Below, piece after piece: positions 1 through 7,780 of a stretch of 64,000 nt of DNA. Origin of the DNA: Candidatus Enterousia sp. (GTDB lineage Bacteria; Pseudomonadota; Alphaproteobacteria; Rs-D84); NCBI GenBank assembly GCA_045613785.1, contig JAZLBQ010000004.1, forward strand, positions 64,001 to 128,000. Direction: 5' to 3'. The first letter of the stretch is position 1. Each line of letters begins with the position of its first letter. Below the pieces are notes generated by a model. That model was not told the DNA's origin. It saw nothing but the letters and a program-made list of their open reading frames with translations, and did no database searches. The translations under genes were made by a program, and so were the position numbers.

Positions 1-1
1 T

Positions 2-58
2 AATGGCAAGATAGTTATTGTGGACGAAGACAAGATTAGCCTTCGCACATTGGACTAA
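2..58 (+). CDS. 3' end of a CDS entering from the left (…NGKIVIVDEDKISLRTLD*), product unknown
   Basis: Open frame from the window edge to TAA at 56-58, followed directly by a terminator hairpin. Confidence 0.5.
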   Translation, partial: NGKIVIVDEDKISLRTLD

Positions 59-63
59 AAAAC

Positions 64-87
64 AATCCCCCGCTTTGGGGGATTTTT
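64..87 (+). terminator. Intrinsic terminator hairpin
   Basis: AATCCCCC-gcttt-GGGGGATT followed by T run. Confidence 0.7.
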
Positions 88-129
88 AATTATTGACCCA
101 CATACAATTTTTTTACTAACATTTATTGT

Positions 130-1347
130 ATGAGAAGAATGTTCCCACTTTTTTTTGCATTGTTTTTTTGTGCAACTGCTAACGCAGCACAGTATCGTGC
201 AGCATTGGTTGCAGATATGGACACAGGTCGTGTTTTATACCAAGAAAACGCAAATGAATTAAATTATCCAGCAAGTTTAACAAAAATAATGACATTGTAT
301 TTAACGTTTGATGCGCTGGAACATGGTCGTCTGGCATTAGACGATTATCTGATTGTATCACAGTCTGCCGCAAATGCAGAGCCTGTAAAACTAGGGCTTG
401 CAGCTGGCTCTAAAATTCGGGTCGAAGATGCGATAAAGGCATTGGCTGTTTACAGTGCAAATGACGTTGCACGTGTGTTGGCAGAAAATCTAAAAGGTGG
501 TCAAGAAGAATCCTTTGCAGACTTGATGACCCGTGTCGCACGTGAAATAGGACTGACGAATACGAATTTTGAAAATTCATCTGGTTTGCCAAATGATGAC
601 CATTTATCAACGGCACGTGATATTGCGCTGCTGTCAATGGCGGTATATAAACACTTTCCACAGTATTGGCACTTTTTTGGGATAAAGTCTTGGACATATA
701 ACGGTAAAACATATACAAATGGAAATCGCCTGTTGACGTCTTTTAATGGTTGCGATGGTATGAAGACTGGTTATACAAAGAAATCTAAATATTCACTTGT
801 TGCGACTGCACATCGTAATGGTTCGCATTTGATGTCTGTGGTGTTGGGGGCAGAAAACAAAGACGTTCGTGCCAATGTCGCAGCCCAAATGTTAAATCGT
901 GGTTTTACAATGTTGGGAAATGGTTCGCAGCCAATTGTCAAGAATACACCTGTTGCACCTGTGCAGACGTCGCATCAAACTCAGCCTGCACCGCAACCGT
1001 CATATAATCAGCCGGCGTATAATCAAACAGCGGCAAATCCAACAACATTTGCAGGTGCGTATAATTCTGCAACTGCAAACGCAATGCCAAAATATTCAGG
1101 TGCTGCAATAACCCAGACTGCAACATCGGCGGGTGGAACAGGTGTTCAGTTTGGTGCATTTTCATCTGAATCAGCGGCTCGTTCTCAGGTTGCAAATGTC
1201 AAAAATAAATTGGGTGCAACCGCAGTTGTTGAACCAACAGGCACTGGGCTTTACCGTGTGCGTGTCTATGGTTTGTCTGAATCTGCAGCCCAGAACTTAA
1301 AATCGTCTGCAACTGCAAACGGTATTGACAGTTATGTTTTTCACTAG
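130..1347 (+). CDS. D-alanyl-D-alanine carboxypeptidase (peptidase S11) with C-terminal SPOR domain
   Basis: Signal peptide; PASLTK (SxxK), SAND (SxN), DGMKTG motifs; Q/P-rich linker; SPOR-like VQFGAFSS…YRVRVYG. Confidence 0.92.
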   Translation: MRRMFPLFFALFFCATANAAQYRAALVADMDTGRVLYQENANELNYPASLTKIMTLYLTFDALEHGRLALDDYLIVSQSAANAEPVKLGLAAGSKIRVEDAIKALAVYSANDVARVLAENLKGGQEESFADLMTRVAREIGLTNTNFENSSGLPNDDHLSTARDIALLSMAVYKHFPQYWHFFGIKSWTYNGKTYTNGNRLLTSFNGCDGMKTGYTKKSKYSLVATAHRNGSHLMSVVLGAENKDVRANVAAQMLNRGFTMLGNGSQPIVKNTPVAPVQTSHQTQPAPQPSYNQPAYNQTAANPTTFAGAYNSATANAMPKYSGAAITQTATSAGGTGVQFGAFSSESAARSQVANVKNKLGATAVVEPTGTGLYRVRVYGLSESAAQNLKSSATANGIDSYVFH

Positions 1348-1362
1348 TATTTTATATACGCT

Positions 1363-1962
1363 ATGAATCCAAAAATTGAAAAGTTGATAAAACTGTTCGC
1401 AAAATTACCACGTGTTGGCACACGTGGTGGTCAGCGTATTGCCCTTTGTTTATTACAAGATAAAACAGGTCGTGCAAATGCACTGGCATCAGCAATAATT
1501 GATGCTTCTGAAAATATTGCACCGTGTCCACGTTGTGGTGTTTTAACTGATCGTGGGGCAGGGGTGTGTGAATACTGTCGTGATGCATCTCGTGCAAATG
1601 GTCAGTTGTGTATTGTTCGTGACCTGGCTGATGTTTGGACACTGGAAAAATCATCTGTGTTTCACGGTCGGTATCATATTATTGGTGGTTTGTTGTCTGG
1701 GGCGTCTGGCGTTTTGCCCCAAGATTTGAATATCAACACTTTGACGGGGCGTATTAGCGATGAAAAAATCACAGAAGTTATATTTGCTCTGCCGAACACG
1801 GTCGAAGGTAAAACGACCCAGCATTACATAATATCGGTTATTGGTGAAACAGACGGTGTTTCGTATTCAGAACTTGCCTCTGGCGTGCCATTGGGCGGTG
1901 ATTTAGATTATTTAGACGAAGGAACGTTGACATTAGCGTTTGGGGGGCGTAAATCATTATGA
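1363..1962 (+). CDS. recR: Recombination mediator RecR
   Basis: LPRVGxRxxQRIA HhH, C4 zinc finger, TOPRIM, GVPLGGDLDYLDEGTL. Confidence 0.97.
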   Translation: MNPKIEKLIKLFAKLPRVGTRGGQRIALCLLQDKTGRANALASAIIDASENIAPCPRCGVLTDRGAGVCEYCRDASRANGQLCIVRDLADVWTLEKSSVFHGRYHIIGGLLSGASGVLPQDLNINTLTGRISDEKITEVIFALPNTVEGKTTQHYIISVIGETDGVSYSELASGVPLGGDLDYLDEGTLTLAFGGRKSL

Positions 1963-2783
1963 CAGATTTAATTACATCTTTGCCACCTGTGTCTGCAATG
2001 ATGATTGAATGTGGGCTAGAACCTAAAAAGCAGTTTGGTCAGAATTTTTTGTTTGATTTGAATTTAACAGGCCGTATTGCTAACAGTGTTCCTGATATAA
2101 AAAACACTAATGTTGTAGAAGTTGGACCTGGGCCAGGTGGTCTTACCCGTGCGATTTTATTAGCAGGTGCCAAGCAACTGATTGCGATTGAAAAGGACAA
2201 GACAACCGAGCCGATATTGTCGCAAATTATTGATGCATCAAAAGGTCGCTTGTCTGTAATTTATGATGATGCATTGCGTGTAGATTTTTCAAGGTTGGGT
2301 TTTGATGAATATGCAGTATGTGCGAACTTGCCGTATAATGTTGGTACAGAGTTATTGATAGGTTGGTTAAAAAAGATTGCGACTGGTGAACGTATAACAT
2401 CGCTGACCTTGATGTTCCAGCGAGAGGTTGCTCAGCGAATCACCGCCCGTCCTAGTGATGAACATTATGGTCGTCTGGCTGTTTTAACATCATTACTTGC
2501 CAACGCCAAGATTTTATTTGATGTTCCAAACACAGCCTTTGTTCCACGTCCACGTGTTCAAAGTGCTGTTGTTCAAATAATTCCAGATGCTCAAAAGATT
2601 TCGCAAATTTCAGACATTACCAAGATTGAACAAATCACCGCAAAACTGTTTGGGCAGCGTCGTAAAATGATACGTGGGATTATGCCTGGTGTTGATTGGT
2701 CTGCGTTTGGTCTTGACGGAACAGAGCGTGCTGAAAATCTTGCACCAGAAACATTTGCAATCTTGGCAAATAATTTGTTATAG
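1959..2783 (+). CDS. rsmA: 16S rRNA m6,2A dimethyltransferase
   Basis: KKQFGQNFLFD, EVGPGPGGLT, ANLPYNVGT, MFQREVA. Confidence 0.97.
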   Translation: MTDLITSLPPVSAMMIECGLEPKKQFGQNFLFDLNLTGRIANSVPDIKNTNVVEVGPGPGGLTRAILLAGAKQLIAIEKDKTTEPILSQIIDASKGRLSVIYDDALRVDFSRLGFDEYAVCANLPYNVGTELLIGWLKKIATGERITSLTLMFQREVAQRITARPSDEHYGRLAVLTSLLANAKILFDVPNTAFVPRPRVQSAVVQIIPDAQKISQISDITKIEQITAKLFGQRRKMIRGIMPGVDWSAFGLDGTERAENLAPETFAILANNLL

Positions 2784-2812
2784 TTTTTTATATCAGGGGA
2801 ACGGGGGGGATA

Positions 2813-4522
2813 ATGTCGTTATCATTACTCGCATTTTTTGCAATTGTTTTTACATTGGTTTATACGCTACGTATGGCTAAAATCGGTTCTTTGGTTGCGT
2901 TTTTATTCGCAGGCGTTTTATCTGGGCCGTATGTTTTTAATCTGTTTGAATTATCAGATGCCTGGACGTTTCTGGGTGATATGGGAATATTATTTTTGTG
3001 GTTCAGTATTGGACTGGAAATAAATATCAAGCGTCTGTGGCGTATGAAACGCACGATATTTGGTTTTGGTGCTGCCCAGGTAATGATGGTTGCGGTCATG
3101 TTGTTCCCATTGTTGTTTGGACTGACAACTTGGTCTATTCTTGGGTGCATAATGGTGTCGCTAATGTTAGCAATGTCCAGCACTTCTGTTGATTTGCAGT
3201 TGTTGACAGAACGTAATCAGTTAAATACAGAAATGGGGCGGCAAACATTTTCAATTCTTTTGTTCCAAGACCTATTGTCGATTCCGTTGTTGGCAATGCT
3301 ACCTGCACTGGCAGGGCGAACATTTAACCTGGGGGCAACTGCAATAGATGTTGGTGTAATATCTGTTGTTCTGGTTTTATCTGTTGTCTTGATGGGGCGT
3401 TTTGTAATGACGCCATTATTCCGTCAGGTTGCAAAACTTAAATCCAAAGAAGCCTTTTTGCTTGCAGTAATGCTGAATATTGTTGTTTGGGCTGTTTTGG
3501 TTGACTTGATTGGTTTGCCAGCAGGTCTAGGTGCGTTTTTGGCAGGTATGTTGATGTCAGAAACAATTTATCGTCATCAAATTACCGCTGAAATTTCGCC
3601 TTATGCAACATTATTTCTGGCGTTTTTCTTTATCTCATTGGGTATGGGGCTAGACCTAAAACTGCTAGGACATTATTGGTATGTTGTTCTGTTTGGTGTT
3701 ATAGGGTTGATTGCGTTAAAGTTTTTTGCAATATTCATTGTTGCACGTGTTCGTGGTATCAACGCACCTGATGCATTGATGATTTCTTTGATTCTAGCTC
3801 AGGGTGGTGAATTTGCATTATTGATGCTGCAAACAATGAAGACCAGTGGGATTTCTGCAATTCCATCTGGCCACAAAGAAATCTTGACGGCGATAATAAT
3901 CCTATCGATTATGATAACTCCGCTATTGTTAGGCTTGCATGATTATTTGCAGCGAAATGGACGGTTGTTTCCTCAGCGTCAATCACGCAAAATAGAAATG
4001 AATAAATCAGAAGTTCAACCTGATGTGATTGTTTGTGGTTTTGGTCGTGTTGGTCAAATTATATGCCAAATGCTGGACGCAAAAAAGATTCCATATGTTG
4101 CGATTGACCTAGATGTTAACGCTGTTATGATGGGGCGTGAAATGGGCTTTAATGTAGTCTATGGAAATACGACCAGTCGTGATGTGTTATCTGAATTTGG
4201 TCTGCGTCCACGGCGTGTAAAATCAGTTGTTGTTGCATTGGATAATGCTACTACTGCCAAACGAACAATATTGACAGTCCGTTCGATTGCACCACGTGTA
4301 AAAATATTTGCCCGTGCTCGTAATCTGGCTGATTCACAGATGTTGATGACCCAAGGCGTTGAAACAGTAATGCCAGAAACCATAGAATCTTCATTTTTAT
4401 TGGGCTTTGGTGTCTTGTCTGATTTAGGCGTATCTGAACGCAGTATAAATAACCTGCTAACCGAAATGCGTCAGGATAATTATGCAGTCTTATCGACTGT
4501 GATTTCGGACAAACGTGATTGA
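2813..4522 (+). CDS. CPA2-family cation:proton antiporter with TrkA-N (KTN) domain, KefB/KefC-like
   Basis: Many TM helices; LLFQDL, GAFLAG, LAQGGEF; C-terminal VCGFGRVGQ Rossmann. Confidence 0.93.
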   Translation: MSLSLLAFFAIVFTLVYTLRMAKIGSLVAFLFAGVLSGPYVFNLFELSDAWTFLGDMGILFLWFSIGLEINIKRLWRMKRTIFGFGAAQVMMVAVMLFPLLFGLTTWSILGCIMVSLMLAMSSTSVDLQLLTERNQLNTEMGRQTFSILLFQDLLSIPLLAMLPALAGRTFNLGATAIDVGVISVVLVLSVVLMGRFVMTPLFRQVAKLKSKEAFLLAVMLNIVVWAVLVDLIGLPAGLGAFLAGMLMSETIYRHQITAEISPYATLFLAFFFISLGMGLDLKLLGHYWYVVLFGVIGLIALKFFAIFIVARVRGINAPDALMISLILAQGGEFALLMLQTMKTSGISAIPSGHKEILTAIIILSIMITPLLLGLHDYLQRNGRLFPQRQSRKIEMNKSEVQPDVIVCGFGRVGQIICQMLDAKKIPYVAIDLDVNAVMMGREMGFNVVYGNTTSRDVLSEFGLRPRRVKSVVVALDNATTAKRTILTVRSIAPRVKIFARARNLADSQMLMTQGVETVMPETIESSFLLGFGVLSDLGVSERSINNLLTEMRQDNYAVLSTVISDKRD

Positions 4523-4539
4523 TTGTTGGTTACAAAAAA

Positions 4540-4563
4540 GTCCCCATTTTTTGGGGACATTTT
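4540..4563 (+). terminator. Intrinsic terminator hairpin
   Basis: GTCCCCA-ttttt-TGGGGAC after the antiporter stop. Confidence 0.6.
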
Positions 4564-4622
4564 ATTTGCATTTCACCTTGCATATTGTTATATTTCAACC
4601 TATATAGAACGGAAAGGCAAAC

Positions 4623-5159
4623 ATGAAAAAAATAACATTGATTTTATCAGTCATTTTTGGTGTGTTGTTCTTGGATTTGGTGTCCAAGGGGGCATTGTTG
4701 TATTTAATCACGGGTGGCGTTCCCTTGTTTGGTGCTGCGTGGGACGTTGTTTCTGTGCCGTATTTAATGGCATTTGTGTGCGATTATTTTAATATTGTCT
4801 TTACATGGAATCCTGGTGCATCATTTTCAATGTTTCGTGCCCTGGGCGAAGCGACTCCGATAATATTGATATTTGCAACTGGTGCAATAATTGGAATGAT
4901 ATTGCATTATTTGTTTACTCGTGCCAAGTCGTATGAATTGGTGCCATTGTCATTGATTGCTGGTGGTGCAATTGGTAATTTGATTGACCGCATCAGATTT
5001 GGTGCAGTGGTTGATTTTCTAGATTTTCATATTGGTGGTTGGCATTGGCCTGCGTTCAATATTGCAGACATTTGTATTGTTGTCGGTGTTGGTTTGTATT
5101 TGTTAAATATGTTCCTTGCCCGTCGTCGTTGTTTAAAAAATATAAAGGATGGTAAATAA
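4623..5159 (+). CDS. lspA: Lipoprotein signal peptidase II
   Basis: WNPGASFS, GGAIGNLIDR, GAVVDFLDF, WPAFNIAD. Confidence 0.97.
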   Translation: MKKITLILSVIFGVLFLDLVSKGALLYLITGGVPLFGAAWDVVSVPYLMAFVCDYFNIVFTWNPGASFSMFRALGEATPIILIFATGAIIGMILHYLFTRAKSYELVPLSLIAGGAIGNLIDRIRFGAVVDFLDFHIGGWHWPAFNIADICIVVGVGLYLLNMFLARRRCLKNIKDGK

Positions 5160-5161
5160 AA

Positions 5162-6721
5162 ATGGTTCAGTATATGGATAAAAATTCTGGTTTTAATCAG
5201 TGGAATGCGAACAAGAATGCAAGCCAACGCAAATCTCCATTTTCAGGCTTTTTGTGGTGGACATTGATGTTTATTGCTGCTTGGTGGGCAATTGGTGCGA
5301 TTACATCGCCTCGGCAGACTGTGCAATCAGATGCCGTCATAACGACCAGCGAAGATTTATCAAGTGTTCCGACATCAACAATTTCGTCTGATAACATAAC
5401 GGCAACGGTTCAAGGCTTGCGTATATCAGATATTGCACTGACAAATTTTGCAGCCTCTCCAGATACTACCGAGCCAGTTGTTTTATTAGGCAAAGATGAT
5501 AATTTTATCGAAGTAGGCTTACTTGCCACTGGCACAACTGCTCCTGTTTCTACGACCGCTTGGTCTGGTCAAGAAGGAACATACACATGGCGTAATACAG
5601 ACGGTATTGAATTTGTTCGCAGCATCGTTGCAGACGGTTATACAATAACAATTACAGATACTATCAATAATAAATCACGTTCAGATATATCTGTTGCACC
5701 TTATGCAAGAATTGTTCGTGAGAATGATAAAGCCTCTGCTGCTGGTGTGTCAAACGGTGCGATTGCGTATGTGAATTCTGACGTAGAAGACGTAGCCTGG
5801 TCAAAGCTAGATAAAAAATCATATGCCTATTCAACAACAACTGGCTTTGCAGGATTTACAGATCAGTATTGGGAAACAGTTGCATCTGTTTCATCACCTG
5901 ATCAAACAATCCGCATTAAAAAGTCAGGCGATAAATATGCATCTGACATTGCGGCGTCTGCTGTTCCTGTTGCTGCTGGCACAACTGCAACACTCACAAC
6001 CAATCTGTTTACTGGTCCACGTGATCAGACTGTTTTGGATTATGCGGAATCAAAGATTCCAGGAATTGCCGAAACGATTGATTATGGTTGGTTCTGGTTC
6101 TTGGCACGTCCAATGTTGTGGTTATTAAATGCAATTCACAGTATTGTGATGAATTATGGTATTGCGATTATCATAATGACAATTTTACTGCGTATGCTGA
6201 TGTGGCCTTTGACCCGCAAATCATATGTTTCAATGGCTGCGATGCAGAAAATGCAACCAGAAATGCAACGTATCCAGAAATTGTATGCAAATGATAAAAT
6301 GCGTCTGCAAATGGAAATGATGAAACTGTATCAAACGCACAAGACATCACCAATGTCAGGCTGCTTGCCAATGTTGATTCAGATTCCAATATTCTTCGCA
6401 TTGTATAAGGCCTTGTTGGTATCTGTTGCGATGCGTAATGCACACTTTTTGTGGATATCTGATTTATCTGCGATGGATCCATACTTTATATTACCTATAA
6501 TGATGGGTGCAACCATGTGGATTCAGCAACGTTTACAGTCGCCAAAAACATCTGGTAATGGCAATGATGTTGCTGCCCAGACTCAACGAATGATGCGTTG
6601 GATGCCAATATTGTTTACGGTAATGTTTGCTTGGATGCCGGCAGGATTAGTTTTGTATTGGACGGTATCGAATATATTTGGGATAATCCAAATGGAAATG
6701 ATAAAACAAAAAAACAAGTAA
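5162..6721 (+). CDS. yidC: Membrane protein insertase YidC
   Basis: IDYGWFWFLARP, GCLPMLIQIPIFFALY, DLSAMDPYFILP, PAGLVLYW. Confidence 0.97.
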   Translation: MVQYMDKNSGFNQWNANKNASQRKSPFSGFLWWTLMFIAAWWAIGAITSPRQTVQSDAVITTSEDLSSVPTSTISSDNITATVQGLRISDIALTNFAASPDTTEPVVLLGKDDNFIEVGLLATGTTAPVSTTAWSGQEGTYTWRNTDGIEFVRSIVADGYTITITDTINNKSRSDISVAPYARIVRENDKASAAGVSNGAIAYVNSDVEDVAWSKLDKKSYAYSTTTGFAGFTDQYWETVASVSSPDQTIRIKKSGDKYASDIAASAVPVAAGTTATLTTNLFTGPRDQTVLDYAESKIPGIAETIDYGWFWFLARPMLWLLNAIHSIVMNYGIAIIIMTILLRMLMWPLTRKSYVSMAAMQKMQPEMQRIQKLYANDKMRLQMEMMKLYQTHKTSPMSGCLPMLIQIPIFFALYKALLVSVAMRNAHFLWISDLSAMDPYFILPIMMGATMWIQQRLQSPKTSGNGNDVAAQTQRMMRWMPILFTVMFAWMPAGLVLYWTVSNIFGIIQMEMIKQKNK

Positions 6722-6748
6722 AAAAAAATACGCCACAAGGGCGGATTT

Positions 6749-7090
6749 TTATTTTAGGTTCAGTTTTTTATACAACGCCTCTGGCGTTTGAATCCATGGG
6801 GATTTTAGTTTTATCATTGTCTTGGTCAACTGCACACAGGTAAAACATAATTCAGTATTTACTGCTGTGTTTAATTGGCCAGCAAAGACCAAGAACTGCC
6901 ACCCGTGCTTTTGCAAGATAAATAAATCACGCAATTTTAATTCTATTTTTTTAATGTTATTGTGCTTTACAAATTGATATAGAATCATTTTGTTTTTATG
7001 AACGTAAATAGGTGCGACGTGCTTAAAATTCTTGCAGAACAGTTTTGCCAAAAATTTATTAGATTTATTTGAAAATGCAATTATAAACAT
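6749..7090 (-). CDS. Hypothetical protein, possible permuted papain-like (His…Cys) fold
   Basis: 113-aa ORF with FKHVA…FTCVQ…IQTPEALYK pattern. Confidence 0.6.
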   Translation of the reverse strand: MFIIAFSNKSNKFLAKLFCKNFKHVAPIYVHKNKMILYQFVKHNNIKKIELKLRDLFILQKHGWQFLVFAGQLNTAVNTELCFTCVQLTKTMIKLKSPWIQTPEALYKKLNLK

Positions 7091-7120
7091 TTTTTTTTGC
7101 CTGTTATTTTGTGTAAAAGC

Positions 7121-7140
7121 AAATCCCCAATCGGGGATTT
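7121..7140. terminator. Hairpin/terminator between the two small hypothetical genes
   Basis: AAATCCCC-aatc-GGGGATTT perfect stem. Confidence 0.6.
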
Positions 7141-7143
7141 TGA

Positions 7144-7488
7144 TTATTCAATCCAGCCACGCTGACGAGCATTTTGTTCCAGTTCACGCATTGCGTTTCG
7201 CCACTGTTCTGCTGCACGATTTTCTGCCCAAATATGTTGATGAGGAGCTCGTCTTTTGTCGCCAAATTTTTTCATTACTACTAATTGTTCTTCGGTCAAT
7301 TTTCCTGCCAGATATAATTTTGTGATCATTGATTCTACATCTAAAATTTCGCATGGTCTGCGTGTTTGAGACGAACGATTCCGCATAAAAGTATTGTTCT
7401 GAACAGCTTTTGAATACAAAAACCAAAACCATAATTGTTCTGCATTTTGAAATTTTTCAGTCTGAATCATAGGCATTGTTTTGGTCAT
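7144..7488 (-). CDS. Hypothetical protein (F..AE..WFWF / RPCE / W..AM..L motifs)
   Basis: 114-aa ORF with strong SD (AAGGAG) upstream; motif pattern recalled from uncharacterised alphaproteobacterial proteins. Confidence 0.75.
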   Translation of the reverse strand: MTKTMPMIQTEKFQNAEQLWFWFLYSKAVQNNTFMRNRSSQTRRPCEILDVESMITKLYLAGKLTEEQLVVMKKFGDKRRAPHQHIWAENRAAEQWRNAMRELEQNARQRGWIE

Positions 7489-7537
7489 TTTTCTTTCTCC
7501 TTTTTTTTATATTTCCCACCTAGCACTATCTATAGTA

Positions 7538-7553
7538 TAAGAAAAGATTCCTG
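7538..7553. promoter_or_regulatory. Candidate palindromic operator (AGGAA-N4-TTCTTA on the minus strand)
   Basis: TAAGAAAAGATTCCTG about 50 nt upstream of 7488; same motif at 39519-39534. Confidence 0.4.
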
Positions 7554-7754
7554 TAAAACACTACAACCAATGGTTGAAGTTCGAATCGAAAAACAGATTC
7601 GGTTCTGAAAATTGGATTGTGCTTTGCGAATCGAATTTTTTCTTTGTTTCATATTTTTTATAAAAAAAAGTGTGCCAACTGGCACACGGTTTTCTATTTA
7701 TCTTAATCAAAGTCTTATGTGAAATTTTTCTCCTTTGTAAATATTGTTAAATTA

Positions 7755-7775
7755 AAACCCGCCGATGGCGGGTTT
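7755..7775 (-). terminator. Terminator of the virB8-9-10-like operon
   Basis: AAACCCGCC-gat-GGCGGGTTT just past the virB10-like stop. Confidence 0.7.
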
Positions 7776-7780
7776 GTTTA

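Noticed and set aside
1959-1962. UGA-to-Trp recoding (genetic code 4)
   Set aside because: TGA terminates recR at its expected length, and conserved genes translate fully with code 11
7530-7652. 40-aa minus-strand ORF (MKQRKNSIRK…)
   Set aside because: No SD or motif; overlaps the probable promoter region of the 7488 gene
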